Source: Leucoraja erinacea | Taxonomy: Eukaryota | Direction of reading: 5' to 3' | DNA: 64,000 nt | Assembly (NCBI RefSeq): GCF_028641065.1 | Contig: NW_026576090.1 | Coordinates: forward strand, 62,001-126,000 | In this document: positions 1 through 11,926 of the stretch, piece by piece | Layout: the number at the start of each line of letters is the position of its first letter | Numbering within the stretch: position 1 is the stretch's first letter | The notes under the pieces: generated by a model | The model's database searches: none | Told to the model about the DNA's origin: nothing | Seen by the model: the letters and a program-made list of their open reading frames with translations, nothing else | Made by a program: the position numbers and the translations under genes

Positions 1-1394
1 TCATCTGCACTAAGACTGTCAACACGGAAGCAGTACCTTGGACACATCAAGAAATGGGGCATATACTGCTTGGACAACAATCTCGACCAAAAGGCCAAGA
101 ACATTCTGGCCGTATTGGAATTTTTACAAGCCTCCATTAGGATAATCGATGGAGCTACAGTGCCTTCAATAGTGCCACAAGTGCACTCTCCAATTACCTA
201 TCACAAGGAACGGAGCGGCACGCGGTGGGAACGCACCCCTGGTAAGCAAACCAGGTACTCCGAAATCTGGGACATGGGTGTCGTTTTCTCAACATGCTGA
301 GGAGCTTGTAGCTCATAACAGCGTTGTCACCTCAGTAACAGACCAGGAAGATGGTTATGCTCATGGTGTTATTTACCGCACAACAAGTCCAGCCATTAAG
401 CAAACTGAGCCTGGACTCCCTGATCATCTCACCGAGAAACTGGTGTTGTCATACAGGATTTAATAAAAGATCGGGTTCATAGGGTCTAGGGTTTGATTTT
501 ATGGTACACCCATATGGCAAACGACTGTGTATAACAAGACACATCTAACAATACATAGCATATACTCAGAACATTCGAGGTCAGAGTATGGAGTTGTTTA
601 TCTCTTACAAGAAACTGCATGATAGGGTCACGACTCAAACTATATCAAGGTGGCTCAAATAGGTCCTAAAAATGGCAGGAATAGACACTGATGTTTCAAC
701 TCTCATTCCACCAGGACTGCAGCAACATCCGCAGCAATATTGTACAGGTACCCACAGACCAAATCCTCAGAATGGCAGGAGGGTCATTTTAAAAAAGGGT
801 TTTTCCACAGGTTGTATTATAAACCAGTTAATTTGGAGCCATCATTGTATTAAGAAAACATTTTAGGTTCAACAAAATAATTTGCCCGATAGGTTACAGG
901 GTTATGATTCTCAAATTTTAAAAAATGTTATATTTTTTCATACCACACAACTCTTTGTATAATTGTGTTTTAAAACTACTAATGATGCTCTCTCCCAATA
1001 CCCAAGGCAGTTGTGAAGCATGGACTCGTTCCACGGCATGAGGTCACAGAGCTTTGAAATCTTCACGAAGTCACTCACGTGACTCCGAAGTAAAATAGTA
1101 AGATTAAACGAGAACTTACCAGTTTGAAGTTTGATCTGTATTTTATGAGGAGTTACGATGAGGGATTTCGTGCCCTCCGCTCCCACCCTCTTATGATCAT
1201 ATCAAAAACTGGTATCTCTTTGATAATCTTACTATGTTAGATCATTATAGGTTTCTGTGACCTCACACCGCTGCTTTGAAGAATGACACGCATGCGTGGA
1301 AGCGGGGTTCTTCACGAAATCCCTCATCGTAACTCCTCATAAAATACAGATCAAACTTCAAACTGGTAAGTTCTCGTTTAATCTTACTATTTTA
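1..1394 (+). mobile_element. DIRS-type (tyrosine-recombinase) retrotransposon, decayed 3' part with terminal inverted-repeat structure
   Basis: ~635-730 translates, across a stop and a frameshift, to QTISRWLK*VLKMAGIDTDV..SHSTRTAATS, matching the HSTR motif of DIRS tyrosine recombinases. Perfect 82-bp inverted repeat at 1091-1172 / 1313-1394. Confidence 0.7.
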
Positions 1395-1440
1395 GATGAT
1401 CAGCCATGATCAGAAGGGCCAAATGGCCTACTCTGCACCT

Positions 1441-1799
1441 NNNNNNNNNNNNNNNNNNNNNNNNNNNNNNNNNNNNNNNNNNNNNNNNNNNNNNNNNNNN
1501 NNNNNNNNNNNNNNNNNNNNNNNNNNNNNNNNNNNNNNNNNNNNNNNNNNNNNNNNNNNNNNNNNNNNNNNNNNNNNNNNNNNNNNNNNNNNNNNNNNNN
1601 NNNNNNNNNNNNNNNNNNNNNNNNNNNNNNNNNNNNNNNNNNNNNNNNNNNNNNNNNNNNNNNNNNNNNNNNNNNNNNNNNNNNNNNNNNNNNNNNNNNN
1701 NNNNNNNNNNNNNNNNNNNNNNNNNNNNNNNNNNNNNNNNNNNNNNNNNNNNNNNNNNNNNNNNNNNNNNNNNNNNNNNNNNNNNNNNNNNNNNNNNNN
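1441..1799. other. Assembly gap (N run)
   Basis: Continuous N bases. Confidence 1.
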
Positions 1800-2110
1800 C
1801 CTCCCCCCCTCCCCCTTTTGTAAACGGATCGGTTCCCTCATTCCCTTTCTCTTGGGAACCAGTGCCTCACTGTCAGGGATATATCTGTACACTCTTTCAT
1901 GGGATATCTACAGCCTGACACCATTATTGCAGCCAAGCTAATCACCAAACTCGAGGGACTTGGAGTCATTACTCACCCCTGCAACTGCATCATTGACCAG
2001 TTCAGTTCAGTTTAGTTTATTCTCATGTGTACCGAGACACAATGAAAAGCTTTTGTTGTGTGTTAATCTGTCAGCAGAAGGACAATGCATGATTACAATC
2101 AAGCCATTTA

Positions 2111-2935
2111 AGGGCCTGTCCCACTTAGGCGACTGCCTGCGACTGTCATAGTTGTAGCAGGTGACCGAAAAACCGCTGACTGGACCCCCCTACAACAATG
2201 TCTATGACAAGCTACAAAAACTACCACCTAGTCCATGTCAAGCTAAGGCAAGCTAACCAACAACCAGTGACCCAATCATCGTGACTTAGGACGTCCACCT
2301 ACAACAACCTACGACGACACATATACGACAACCTACGACCACACAGGCGACAACCGAAGTCAACCTACGTCCACCTGCGACAAGCCACGGCAAGTTACGA
2401 CTGTCGGAGACAACTGAAGACCATTTACGTCATTTTGGCCTCCAATACAATGGAATCACCCAGTTATAAAAGGGGATGTAGGGTTTCCAACATCTGAGGG
2501 CATTGCTCTCACAAGATTTAAGCATGCAGCAGCCCTCATGCTTAAAGATCAGCAAGCCAAAAGGACAAGAAGGATGGGGTAGAGGAAGCCCAAGAAGAGG
2601 TGTGTGTGGTTGAAGCCCTTGTCCCTGTAGAGACCCAGGTTGGGCCAGTATGACAACCTGATGACTGAGCTCCAGCAAGAAGATGAGGCTGCCTTTTGAA
2701 ACTTCACTATGCTCCCCCGTGAGCTGTTTCAGGAGCTGATGACACTGGGTGGGCCCTCTCCTAGAGAAAATAAGCCACTGTCGTAGCCTGGTGTAGCTAG
2801 CCGAATCAACTGTCGCCGATGGTCGCCAGCTGTTCTAGCTTGTCGCCAGTATGGTCATACATTGTAGTAGATTGTCGCCGATATAGGCGTAGACGGACTT
2901 CATTCATAGCATCATGACTGGCTGTTGTAGCTTGA
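2111..2935 (+). mobile_element. PIF/Harbinger deletion derivative (left TIR plus transposase remnant)
   Basis: Begins TTA|AGGGCCTGTCCCACTTA, the same TIR as the MITEs at 19294 and 27927. ~2665-2770 encodes degenerate ELQQEDEAAF*NFTMLPRELFQELMTL, resembling the N-terminus of Harbinger transposases. No right TIR recognised. Confidence 0.6.
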
Positions 2936-3138
2936 CTTCTGTGCTCTATCTACCTCATTGGAGACCCTCCCACTATCTTTGATCGAAATTTACTGGTTTT
3001 ATCTTGCACTGATCTTTATTTACGTTATTCCCTTTATCATGTTTCTGCTCACTGTGGATGGCTCGATTGTAATCATGTATTGTCTGTCTGTTGTCTGGTT
3101 AACTCGCAACTAAAGCTTTTCACTGTACCTCCGTACAT

Positions 3139-5215
3139 TTCTGGGCATAATCCGGAAGACGCAGGATCATTTCATTAAAAGGAAGAAAGATTCTAAGGGG
3201 AGTAGGAGGCAACCGTGGCTGACGAGAGAAGTTAGGGATACAATAAAACTAAAAGAAAAGATGTATAACACAGCAAAGAGTAGCCGAAAGCCAGAGGATT
3301 GGGAAACTTTCATAGGACAACAGCAGGAAACAAAACGCAATACGGGCTGAAAAGATGAAGTACGAGGGGAAGCTGGCCAGGAATATAAAGAAGGACAGTA
3401 AAAGCTCCTTTAGATATGTTAAGGGAAAAAGAGTAGCAAAGTCAAATGTGGGTCCCTTGAAGGCAGACACGGTGAAATTATTATGGGCAACAAGGAAATG
3501 GCAGAAGAATTGAATAGGTACTTCGGATCTAAGGAAGACACAAACAATCTCCCAGATGTACTGGAGGACAGAGGATCTAAGAGGGTATAGGAACTGAAAG
3601 AAATTTTCATTAGGTGAGAAATAGTATTAGGTAGGCTAATGGGACTGAAGGATGATAAATCCCCTGGGCCTGATCGTCTGCATCCCAGGGTCCTCAGGGA
3701 GGTGGCTCTAGAAATAGTGGACGCATTGGTGATCATTTTCCAATGTTCAATAGATTCAGGATCAGTTCCTGTGGATTGGAGGATAGCTAATGTTATCCCA
3801 CTTTTTAAGAAAGGAGCGAGAGAGAAAACGGGGAATTACAGACCAGTTAGCCTGACTTCGGTTGTGGGAAAGATGCTGGAGTCAATTATTAAAGAGGTAA
3901 TAATGGGGCATTTGGATAGCAGTAAAAGCATTAGTCCAAGTCAACATGGATTTATGAAAGGGAAATCATGCTTGACTAATCGTCTGGAATTTTTTGAGGA
4001 TGTGACAAGTAAAATGGATGAAGGGGTGCCAGTGGATGTAGTGTATCTAGACTTTCAGAAAGCCTTTGATAAGGTCCCGCACGGGAGACTGGTGACTAAA
4101 ATTAGAGCACATGGTATTGGGGGTAGGGTGTTGACATGGATAGAAAATTGGTTGGCAGACCGGAAGCAAAGAATAAGAGTGAACGGGTCCTTTTCGGAAT
4201 GGCAGGCAGTGGCGAGTGGAGTGCCACAAGGCTCGGTGTTGGGGCTGCAACTGCTTACCATATATATTAATGATTTGGAAGAGGGAATTATCTCAATGGG
4301 GTTAGGTTAGGTAAGGTGCAGCGAGACCTGGGCGTCCTTGTACACCAGTCACTGAAAGTTGGCATGCAGGTACAGCAGGCAGTGAAGAAAGCTAATGGAA
4401 TGTTGGCCTTCATAACAAGAGGATTTCAGTATAGGATTAAAGAGGTTCTTCTGCAGTTGTATAGGGCTCTGGTGAGACCACATCTGGAGTATTGTGTACA
4501 GTTATGGCCATTTTCTCCTTGCCTAATTTGAGGAAGGACATCCTTGTGATTGAGGTGCAGCGTAGGTTCACGGGATTGATCCCTGGGATGGCGGGACTGT
4601 CATATGAGGAAAGATTGAAAAGACTAGGCTTGTATTCACTGGAGTTTAGAAGGATGAGGGGGATCTTATAGAAACATATAAAATTATAAAAGGACTCGAC
4701 AAGCTAGATGCAGGGAATAATTTCCCAAAGTTGGTCGAGTCCAGAACCAGGGGCCACAGTGTTAGAATAAAGGGGAGGTAATTTAAGACTGAGGTGAGAA
4801 AAACGTTTTCACCCAGAGAGTTGTGAATTTATGGAATTCCCTGCCACAGAGGGCAGTGGAGGCCAAATCACTAGATAAATTCACAACTCTCTGGGTGAAA
4901 ACGTTTTTTCTCACCTCAGTCTTAAATGACCTCCCCTTTATTCTAAGACTGTGGCCCCTGGTCTGGACTCGCCCAACATTGGGAATTTTTTTCCTGCATC
5001 TAGCTTGTCCAGTCCTTTTATAATTTTATATGTTTCTATAAGATCCCCCCTCATCCACTGGTTAGATAGAGCTCTAGGGGCTAGAGGAGTCAAGGGATAT
5101 GGGGATAAAGCAGGCACGGGTTATTGATAGGGGACAATCAGTCATGATCACAATGAATGGCGGTGCTGGCTCGAAGGGCCGAATGGCCTCCTGCACCTAT
5201 TTTCTATGTTTTTAT
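3139..5215 (+). mobile_element. CR1 LINE, 5'-truncated ORF2 (RT) plus 3' end
   Basis: ORF 3639-4310 has KSPGPD..HPRVL, NYRPVSLTS, QHGFMKGKSCLTN, YLDFQKAFDKVPH and SGVPQGSVLG. 3' tail GGCTCGAAGGGCCGAATGGCCTCCTGCACCTATTTTCTATG. Confidence 0.92.
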
Positions 5216-5505
5216 GTGACAATAAACTCAAACTGACCGGTGTCTCTCAGTCCTCTCATTGATGTGGATATCTGCACTAACTGGTGTCTCTCAGTCCCCT
5301 CTCTCACACCAGGATACCTTAGCCCCTCTCTCCCAAGGGGATATCTACATTGACAGGTGTTCCTCTCTCTCAGGGGGATATCTGTACACCGACTTTTAAC
5401 TCACTTACTGGGGTATCTGAGTGTCCCCTTGCCCCACAAAGTGTTCAGCATTGTAATCAGTGGATGGAGCAGAGTGTGATCAATCTTTAATCCGGATCTC
5501 ACCAT

Positions 5506-5539
<34 letters not shown>

Positions 5540-5595
5540 CCTGTTGTGGAGACAAACATCCTTTGGGGAATTGAACTGTGTGCTGTGGGCAGGGA

Positions 5596-5688
5596 CAGGA
5601 AGTCTCTGGTTTCAGTGGGTGGGAACCTGTTCAAGCCGCGGCTAACTCTCTTCCACACACTCACTCACAGCTCACTCCCCTATTTAAA
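5596..5688 (+). promoter_or_regulatory. Putative IgW V promoter (ETS site and TATA-like box)
   Basis: CAGGAAGT at 5596-5603 and TATTTAAA at 5681-5688, ~90 bp upstream of the leader ATG. No octamer seen. Confidence 0.45.
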
Positions 5689-5776
5689 CGGCGCTGACTG
5701 CGGCTCCCGACAAAGCCGGCCTGAGCTGAAGCCGCCCATTCCTGGAGTGTCCAAGTGTGTGTCAGTGCTCAGAGTG

Positions 5777-5822
5777 ATGGGGGTCGCTGCTTATCTCTGT
5801 CTCCTTCTGTCCTGTCTGACAG
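5777..5822 (+). CDS. IgW: IgW heavy chain leader exon
   Basis: MGVAAYLCLLLSCLT-G|GTGGGT; hydrophobic signal peptide with a phase-1 donor. Confidence 0.93.
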
Positions 5823-5924
5823 GTGGGTGTCGCCCCCACTCGGGGCCGGGCTGCTTCTCGGACACCCTTTGACCCTCTGCCTCTCCAACTGTTTATTAAA
5901 CTTGTTTTTCTCTTTTATTGGCAG

Positions 5925-6219
5925 GCGTTCGATCTGCGATCGTGCTGAATCAGACCCCGACCGTGGTGGCAAAGCCCGGAGGGTCCCTCACACTGACCTG
6001 TGCAACCAGCGGGTTCAACCTCAGCATCACCCCCATGCACTGGGTGAAACAGGTCTCCGGGAAAGGGCTGGACTGGGTAGGAAGGTCGTATAAAGGTGAC
6101 AAAAAATACGGTCCTGCCTTCAGCGGCCGATTCGAAGTTTCCATGGACAGCAGCAACGTCTATCTCCAAATGAACGACCTGAGACTGAACGACACGGCCA
6201 CCTATTACTGTGCGAGACA
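5925..6219 (+). CDS. IgW: IgW VH segment
   Basis: Acceptor TTTTATTGGCAG, then (G)VRSAIVLNQTP..SLTLTCATSGFNLSITPMHWVKQVSGKGLDWVG..RFEVS..YLQMNDLRLNDTATYYCAR. Both Cys and the conserved Trp are intact; open frame. Confidence 0.97.
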
Positions 6220-6258
6220 CACAGTGAGAGGAAGCGGGGCCGGGCCGGTACAACAACC
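6220..6258 (+). other. V 3' recombination signal (23-RSS)
   Basis: CACAGTG 6220-6226, 23-nt spacer, ACAACAACC 6250-6258. Confidence 0.95.
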
Positions 6259-6455
6259 CAGGGGAGAGAGAGCCTGCCCTCAGCTCGGAGCCAAGCGCCG
6301 TGGGTGGAACTGGAGTCACGGGTCGATGAATCCCGGTGTCCGTCTCTGAGACACGGTCAATAGTCGGGCGAGAAGGAACCTCTGTACCTTGGGCTTCAAG
6401 TTGACAGTCGGACGTGCGGAGTGACTGGGCTCGGAGACAGTATGAGAGGATGGGG

Positions 6456-6534
6456 GGTTATTGTACATCGGTGAATCACAGTGACTATATGGGTGGCACA
6501 GTGTGAGAGATGTGACTTCCTCCATACAAAAACC
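6456..6534 (+). other. D1 segment (6484-6496, ACTATATGGGTGG) with 5' 12-RSS and 3' 22-RSS
   Basis: GGTTATTGT(6456-6464)-12 nt-CACAGTG(6477-6483); D; CACAGTG(6497-6503)-22 nt-ACAAAAACC(6526-6534). All three reading frames are open. Confidence 0.95.
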
Positions 6535-6860
6535 TGCCGCAACCAAACGCTTTAAATCGCGTCTCTGGACGCTGCCGCTGCCTTTCCCCCGGGACGCGTG
6601 GATATAAACCAGACCCCGAGTGCATCATCTAGCACAGGGAACAAGATCCACTGAAGATGTGGGAATGCAAGCAGCGAGGAGCCGCTGTGGGTAGAGGCAC
6701 GGCGACAGTCCCGATCGGGGTATCTCCTGTCCACTACAGGGCTGCAATGGCCGAGACTGGACGCTGCTGTGTGGGACACACGGACACAGATGGATGGGGC
6801 TTTAATTGAGCCGCTGCCCACTCTGGCCAGCGTTGGATTTCGGGCTGGATGTGGTAGCGC

Positions 6861-6888
6861 AGTTTGTGAGCGGCGGTGAATCACCGTG
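6861..6888 (+). other. 12-RSS directly upstream of the J coding sequence
   Basis: AGTTTGTGA(6861-6869)-12 nt GCGGCGGTGAAT-CACCGTG(6882-6888). The spacer shares CGGTGAAT with the D1 5' spacer. No nonamer at the 22/23 positions. Confidence 0.8.
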
Positions 6889-6931
6889 TATGACTACTGG
6901 GGTGCAGGAACCTCGCTGACAGTGACTTCAG
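6889..6931 (+). CDS. IgW: IgW JH (probably germline-joined D2-J)
   Basis: YDYWGAGTSLTVTS-G|GTAAGA; WGxG motif and strong donor. Confidence 0.95.
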
Positions 6932-7149
6932 GTAAGACCAATTCCTCAATTCCATTTTACCCAGTTGTGTTTTATTAATTTATGGGTTTTGCGAATTCTG
7001 TAATTCTGAACTCGGTGAGATATTTGGAACAATTGCACGGATTTCCCAGAGACAGCGGGTTAGAGTTAGAATCTACCCAGCAACAGTACATTTCCCACTG
7101 CGTTGAACTGCCCCACAGGCTGTTCTTTCCCTGAGTCTCGCCATCATCT

Positions 7150-8400
7150 GCCTTCAGTCCATCTTGTGCATGCCGACCAAGCTGTCTTTCTGGGCTCGTC
7201 CCATTGGCCACATATCCTTCTCATCCATATACCGGATTTGTTTGATAATCGGAATTCTATCTGCTTTTATAGTTTCCTCTGGCAACTCATTCCAGATACT
7301 GCCTACCCAATGTGAATAAAAATGCCCCTGAAGTCCCCTTTTAAATCTCTCCACATGTACCTGCTTGTGCCCTCCTGTTTTAGAAACCTCTATCCTGGGA
7401 AAAAGCCTGTGAGCGTGCACCTTATCCATGCCCCTCATGATCTTGTTCACCTCAATAAGGCTGCCGCCTCGTGTCCTTTGCTCCAAATTTAAAAAAAAAC
7501 CTCCCTCTCCCTAAAACAGAACCCCCACATGTCCAGACAATATCTTGGTGAATCTTTTCCAAGTCCTTTCCAATATAATGACATCCTGTAACTGGGTGAG
7601 CAGAACTACACACAGTACTTACTCCAAGTGTGGTCTCACCAATGACTTGTACTGCTGCATCATTATGTCCCAACCTTTATACTCGGTGCCCTTCCCATTG
7701 AAGGCAGTCTGCTAAAAGCCACCTCAGCTCCCTGTCTACCTAACTCGCCACTCTCAGCGAACCATGCCCCTGTATTTCCCCATCTGTCTGTTCTACAACA
7801 CTCTCCAGGCTCCACCATTTACTGTGTAAGTCCAGCCCTGGTTTGATCTACCAAAGTTCAACACCCCCTCACTTGTCAGAGTTAAATTCCATTTGGCATT
7901 CCTTGGCTCCCCTTCCCAACTGATCTAGATCTTCTTGTAAACTTATCCTTCTCACTGTCCACTCATGCACTGATTTTGGTGTCATCTACAAACTTACTAT
8001 CAATGTCCACTATATTGTATGGCAAACTGTTAATGTAGATAACCAACAACAGCGGTCTCAGCACTGACCCCTGCAGCAGTCCACTTCCTCCAAGCTAATT
8101 TAGCTCATGTTGAGTTCCATGTGATCTAACCTTCCACACCAGCCCACCACGCCAGACCTTGTTGAACCCTATCAGGTTCATGAGACACAATTTCCCAAAC
8201 ACAAGCCATGCTGTCCCTAATCCTTGGCCCACCCTCCCAAGTGATCTAGATCTTGTAAACTTAAGACTATCCCTAATCAGTCCGTGCCTATCCAAATACT
8301 GGTAGTTCCTGTCCCTAAGGACATTCCCACCAATGACGTTAGGCTCACTGGTGTAGATCCCTGGTTTGCCCTAATGTCCTTCTTCAATTATGCTTCAGTA
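7150..8400 (-). mobile_element. Old degenerate CR1 LINE in the J-C intron
   Basis: Minus-strand fragments LIEVNKIMRGMDKV..RLFPR, WKVRSHG and LCLMNL. Confidence 0.7.
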
Positions 8401-8479
8401 TCAGCCACCCTCCAGTCTTTTGGAGATTAATCTGCCTGTTTCCACACTGTTTCCACATCTATGACTCTAGTACCTGCTC

Positions 8480-8790
8480 CCGCAAAGCGATCCCATCAAA
8501 CACATCCAGGGCAGACAGAGCACGAGTCAAATGCAGAATAAATCTCCCCGTGTCACTGTGCTGTCAGCTACAGATTAGATACAAAGTTCCATCTGTCATG
8601 TCCCAATGCTCCCAGGGAAGGGACAGCACAGGTTAGACAAGGAGTGAAGCTCCCTCCCACACACACCCAGGGTACAGGTTAGTCACTGAGTGAAGTTCCC
8701 TCTACACTGTTACATACTCCCAGTGCAGGGACAGAGTGTGTGACAGAGTCAAGCTCCATCTACATTGCTCTATCAAACACTCCTCTAGAA
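8480..8790. repeat. Degenerate ~60-70 bp tandem repeat
   Basis: Repeated unit resembling CCAGGG..ACAGCACAGGTTAGA..AGAGTGAAGCTCCCTCTACACTGT, about 5 diverged copies. Confidence 0.55.
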
Positions 8791-8861
8791 TGTTCTCTAG
8801 ATTGATGATGATCAGGGATGATCAGCCATGATCATATTGAATGGCCTCCTGCACCTATTTT

Positions 8862-9506
8862 ATAGCAAAAGGATTTGAGTATAGGAGCAGGGAGGTCTAC
8901 TGCAGTTGTACAGGGTCTTGGTGAGACCACACCTGGAGTATTGCGAACAGTTTTGGTCTCCTAATCTGAGGAAAGACATTCTTGCCATAGAGGGAGTACA
9001 GAGAAGGTTCACCAGACTGATTCCTGGGATGTCAGGACTTTCGTATGAAGAAAGACTGGATAGACTCGGTTTGTACTCGCTAGAATTTAGAAGATTGAGG
9101 GGGGATCTTATAGAAACTTATAAAATTCTTAAGGGGTTGGACAGGCTAGATGCAGGAAGATTGTTCCCGATGTTGGGGTAGTCCAGAACAAGGGGTCACA
9201 GTTTAAGGATAAGGGGGAAATCTTTTAGGACCGAGATGAGAAAAAAATAATTTGCACAGAGAGTGGTGAATCTCTGGAATTCTCTGCCACAGAAGGTAGT
9301 TGAGGTCAGTTCATTGGCAATATTTAAGAGGGAGTTAGATGTGGCCCTTGTGGCTAAAGAGATCAGAGGATATGGAGAGAAGGCAGGTACAGGATACTGG
9401 GTTGGATGATCAGCCATGATCATATTGAATGGCGGTGCAGGCTCGAAGGGCCGAATGGCCTACTCCTGCACCTAATTTCTATGTTTCTATTTTCTATTTT
9501 TCTATG
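8862..9506 (+). mobile_element. CR1 LINE 3' fragment
   Basis: ORF 8906-9181 [26 protein letters not shown], plus the CR1 3' tail. Confidence 0.9.
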
Positions 9507-11176
9507 TAAAAGAAATTGATGCTGTTTGGTTCAAAAACAAAGGTTCACAATAATGAATGATTTGAACATAATGAGAGAATGTTGTACATGGTTTTAGTAC
9601 ACCAGGTTTTCTTTGCATCTTGTATGGAATTTCAACATTTAGAGATCCTTAATGTCAATACCTATTATTCTTCATTGTGAATTCACTGATGCTTGTAGTT
9701 TAGATTCTGAGTCAAGTTGCTTGGTGTTTTTGACGTGGGTTTTGCTGCACAATAGAACTGCTTTTTCCCAGTTCACAGATGGAGGAACGGCTCTAATTTC
9801 CTGCCCTCCTCCGACAGCCGACTGGGTTTGTGCATTGCTCCATTAACCAGGGTGCTTTGCAGTGAATCCAGTGGTCATTCACAGAACCAGGGCTGCTGGT
9901 GTCAGTGAGGCATGTTCACACTGAATCTCAGTGGTCCACTTCACAGCAGAATCGGCAAACCACTTGAGGGGGAAATGTTGTCCGAGACACCACAGATACA
10001 CTGATCCAATGGACGGGCATCAGGCTGCAATCAGACCCCAGTTTAATTCCGCAACAACTGTGCAATTTAAACTCGGTTCATAATCTGGGACAGATTGGAT
10101 CTGTGTCAGATTTCCTTTTGTTAGTTACCTGGATTTTGTGCACAAATCCACAGTAATGATGACCTCTCAGTTTCCCTGCTGTCCCTCAGCGGAGGAGATC
10201 TGTTGTCCTTACCCAGTCGAGCCTATTTCTGACCCCTGACCCAGCAACACGATTGGCACTAAATGCCCCCAGGATGGCAACCCAAACGGGCAGTTTATTG
10301 CCCCTCCTCACCCCAGCACCCTGCTCCTCACCCCAGCACCCAGCTCCACCCCAGCACCCAGCTCGGGCATCCAGCACCCTGCTGCAATTTCTGACAACCT
10401 GCTGCTATTTCCACTTATGCTCACCCCAGCATGCTTTTTTATTTTGTTCACCCCAGTTTTCCCCCACAACCCCATGACATCTCAAAGCATTTCCCAGCCC
10501 ATTAATAACTCAGAGACATAGAGTCATACAGCACGGAAACAGGCCCTTCAGCTCAGCTCGTGCAAGGCAGCCCTGATGCCCTTTTTCATCAACTCTGTAT
10601 GCTAGTCCCTTATTTGCCCTTTTTTATTTTGTTGACCTCCAATCCCCATGACATCTCAAAGCATTTCCCAGCCCATTAATAACTAGTCATACCACGGAAA
10701 CAGTGCTCTTTTAAATGCAGCCCTGTTATCTAGTACCCCACTTTACAACCTGTTTTCCTATCCATGGCTGTCCAAGTGTCTGTTAAATGCTGTTATCATA
10801 CCCACTAACTGTTTCCAGCCCACCCACCACCCTGTGTGTGAGAACGTTCCCCACACATTCCCATTAAGTCTTGTTCCTCTCATCAACACCTATCTTGATT
10901 CCCCTATCCTGTGTAAAAGACTGTGCATTCATCCTATCTATTCCCCTTGTGATTTAATACAGCTTTATAGGATCACTCTCCTGCCTTCTACAGGTATAAA
11001 GGAGTAAAGTCCGAGCCTGCCCTACTTTTCCCTCCAGCTCAGGCCCTCGAGTCCTGGCAGCATTCTTCTAGCCTAATGATATCTTTCCTCGAGTAGCTTG
11101 ATGAAACCTCAACCTTGTTTCAGCCACATCGATTTCTTGTAACACTCTAGTATAACATCCAACTTCTGAACTCTCA

Positions 11177-11920
11177 TTTTTTTTTTTTTTTTTTAATTTT
11201 ATTTTTATTAGCAGTACAGTAAATCACATTAATACATCGCATATATCTTATTACATTATGTTGTACCACTTCATTTTTTGAGCTTTAAAAAAGATAGAAA
11301 TAAAAGAAGTAAGGAAAGTGAGCAAGAATCGTGAAGGTGCAGGAAAGTGTTGGGAGAAGAGAACCCCTTAGGGAAGGAATTAGAGAAGGAAGCAAAGAAA
11401 ATAAATAAGACCCTAGAAAGAAAAGAAAAAAAAGGAAAAAAGGAAAATCAATCGCTCTATTGTAACACAAAACTCCGCAAAAAAGGATATACCAACCGTG
11501 TTTTTATTAAAAATTTATTTTATACCCCCCATTACCAGGTCTTGGTAGCCTTTATATTTTAACTTATTATTGCACCTTAGCTTGTAATAGTTCCATAAAT
11601 GCAGACCACGTCTTTTGGAAGTGATCTGCTTTACCTGCTAGGAGGAGTCTCATCTCTTCCAAGTGTAATGTTTCGAACATGTTTGAAATCCACATTTTTG
11701 TTGTTGGTATTGGAGCATTTTTCCAAAATTTAAGTATAAGCTTTTTTCCGATTATTAGCCCATAATTAAGTAAGTTCTTTTGAAACATATTTAATTCTGG
11801 GTTACCTTCCGATATTCCAAAAACGATCCATTCTACTCTGGGTAGTAGTTTTGTTTTAAATAATTTTGTAAAGATTTCAAATATTTAGTTCCAGAATTTT
11901 TGGATTTTTATACAGAAAAC
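11177..11920 (-). mobile_element. L1-clade LINE 3' fragment
   Basis: Poly-T at 11177-11194 (poly-A tail on the - strand). ORF 11567-11788 IIGKKLILKFWK..W..LHLE..F.KTW resembles an L1/Tx1 ORF2 C-terminus. Confidence 0.7.
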
Positions 11921-11926
11921 TATAGT

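Noticed and set aside
1396-1941. ORFs of 154-181 aa spanning the N run
   Set aside because: Artefacts of translating through the assembly gap.
6540-6860. Possible second free D segment between D1 and J
   Set aside because: No heptamer-spacer-nonamer pair found; CAC-like words there lack matching nonamers.
6845-6888. Reading the J signal as a 22/23-bp RSS
   Set aside because: The sequences at those positions (TGTGGTAGC, GTGGTAGCG) do not resemble a nonamer, while the 12-bp position matches 6 of 9.
9650-10200. IgH intronic enhancer
   Set aside because: Only isolated E-box words were seen, with no octamer or clear cluster; cannot be supported without comparative data.
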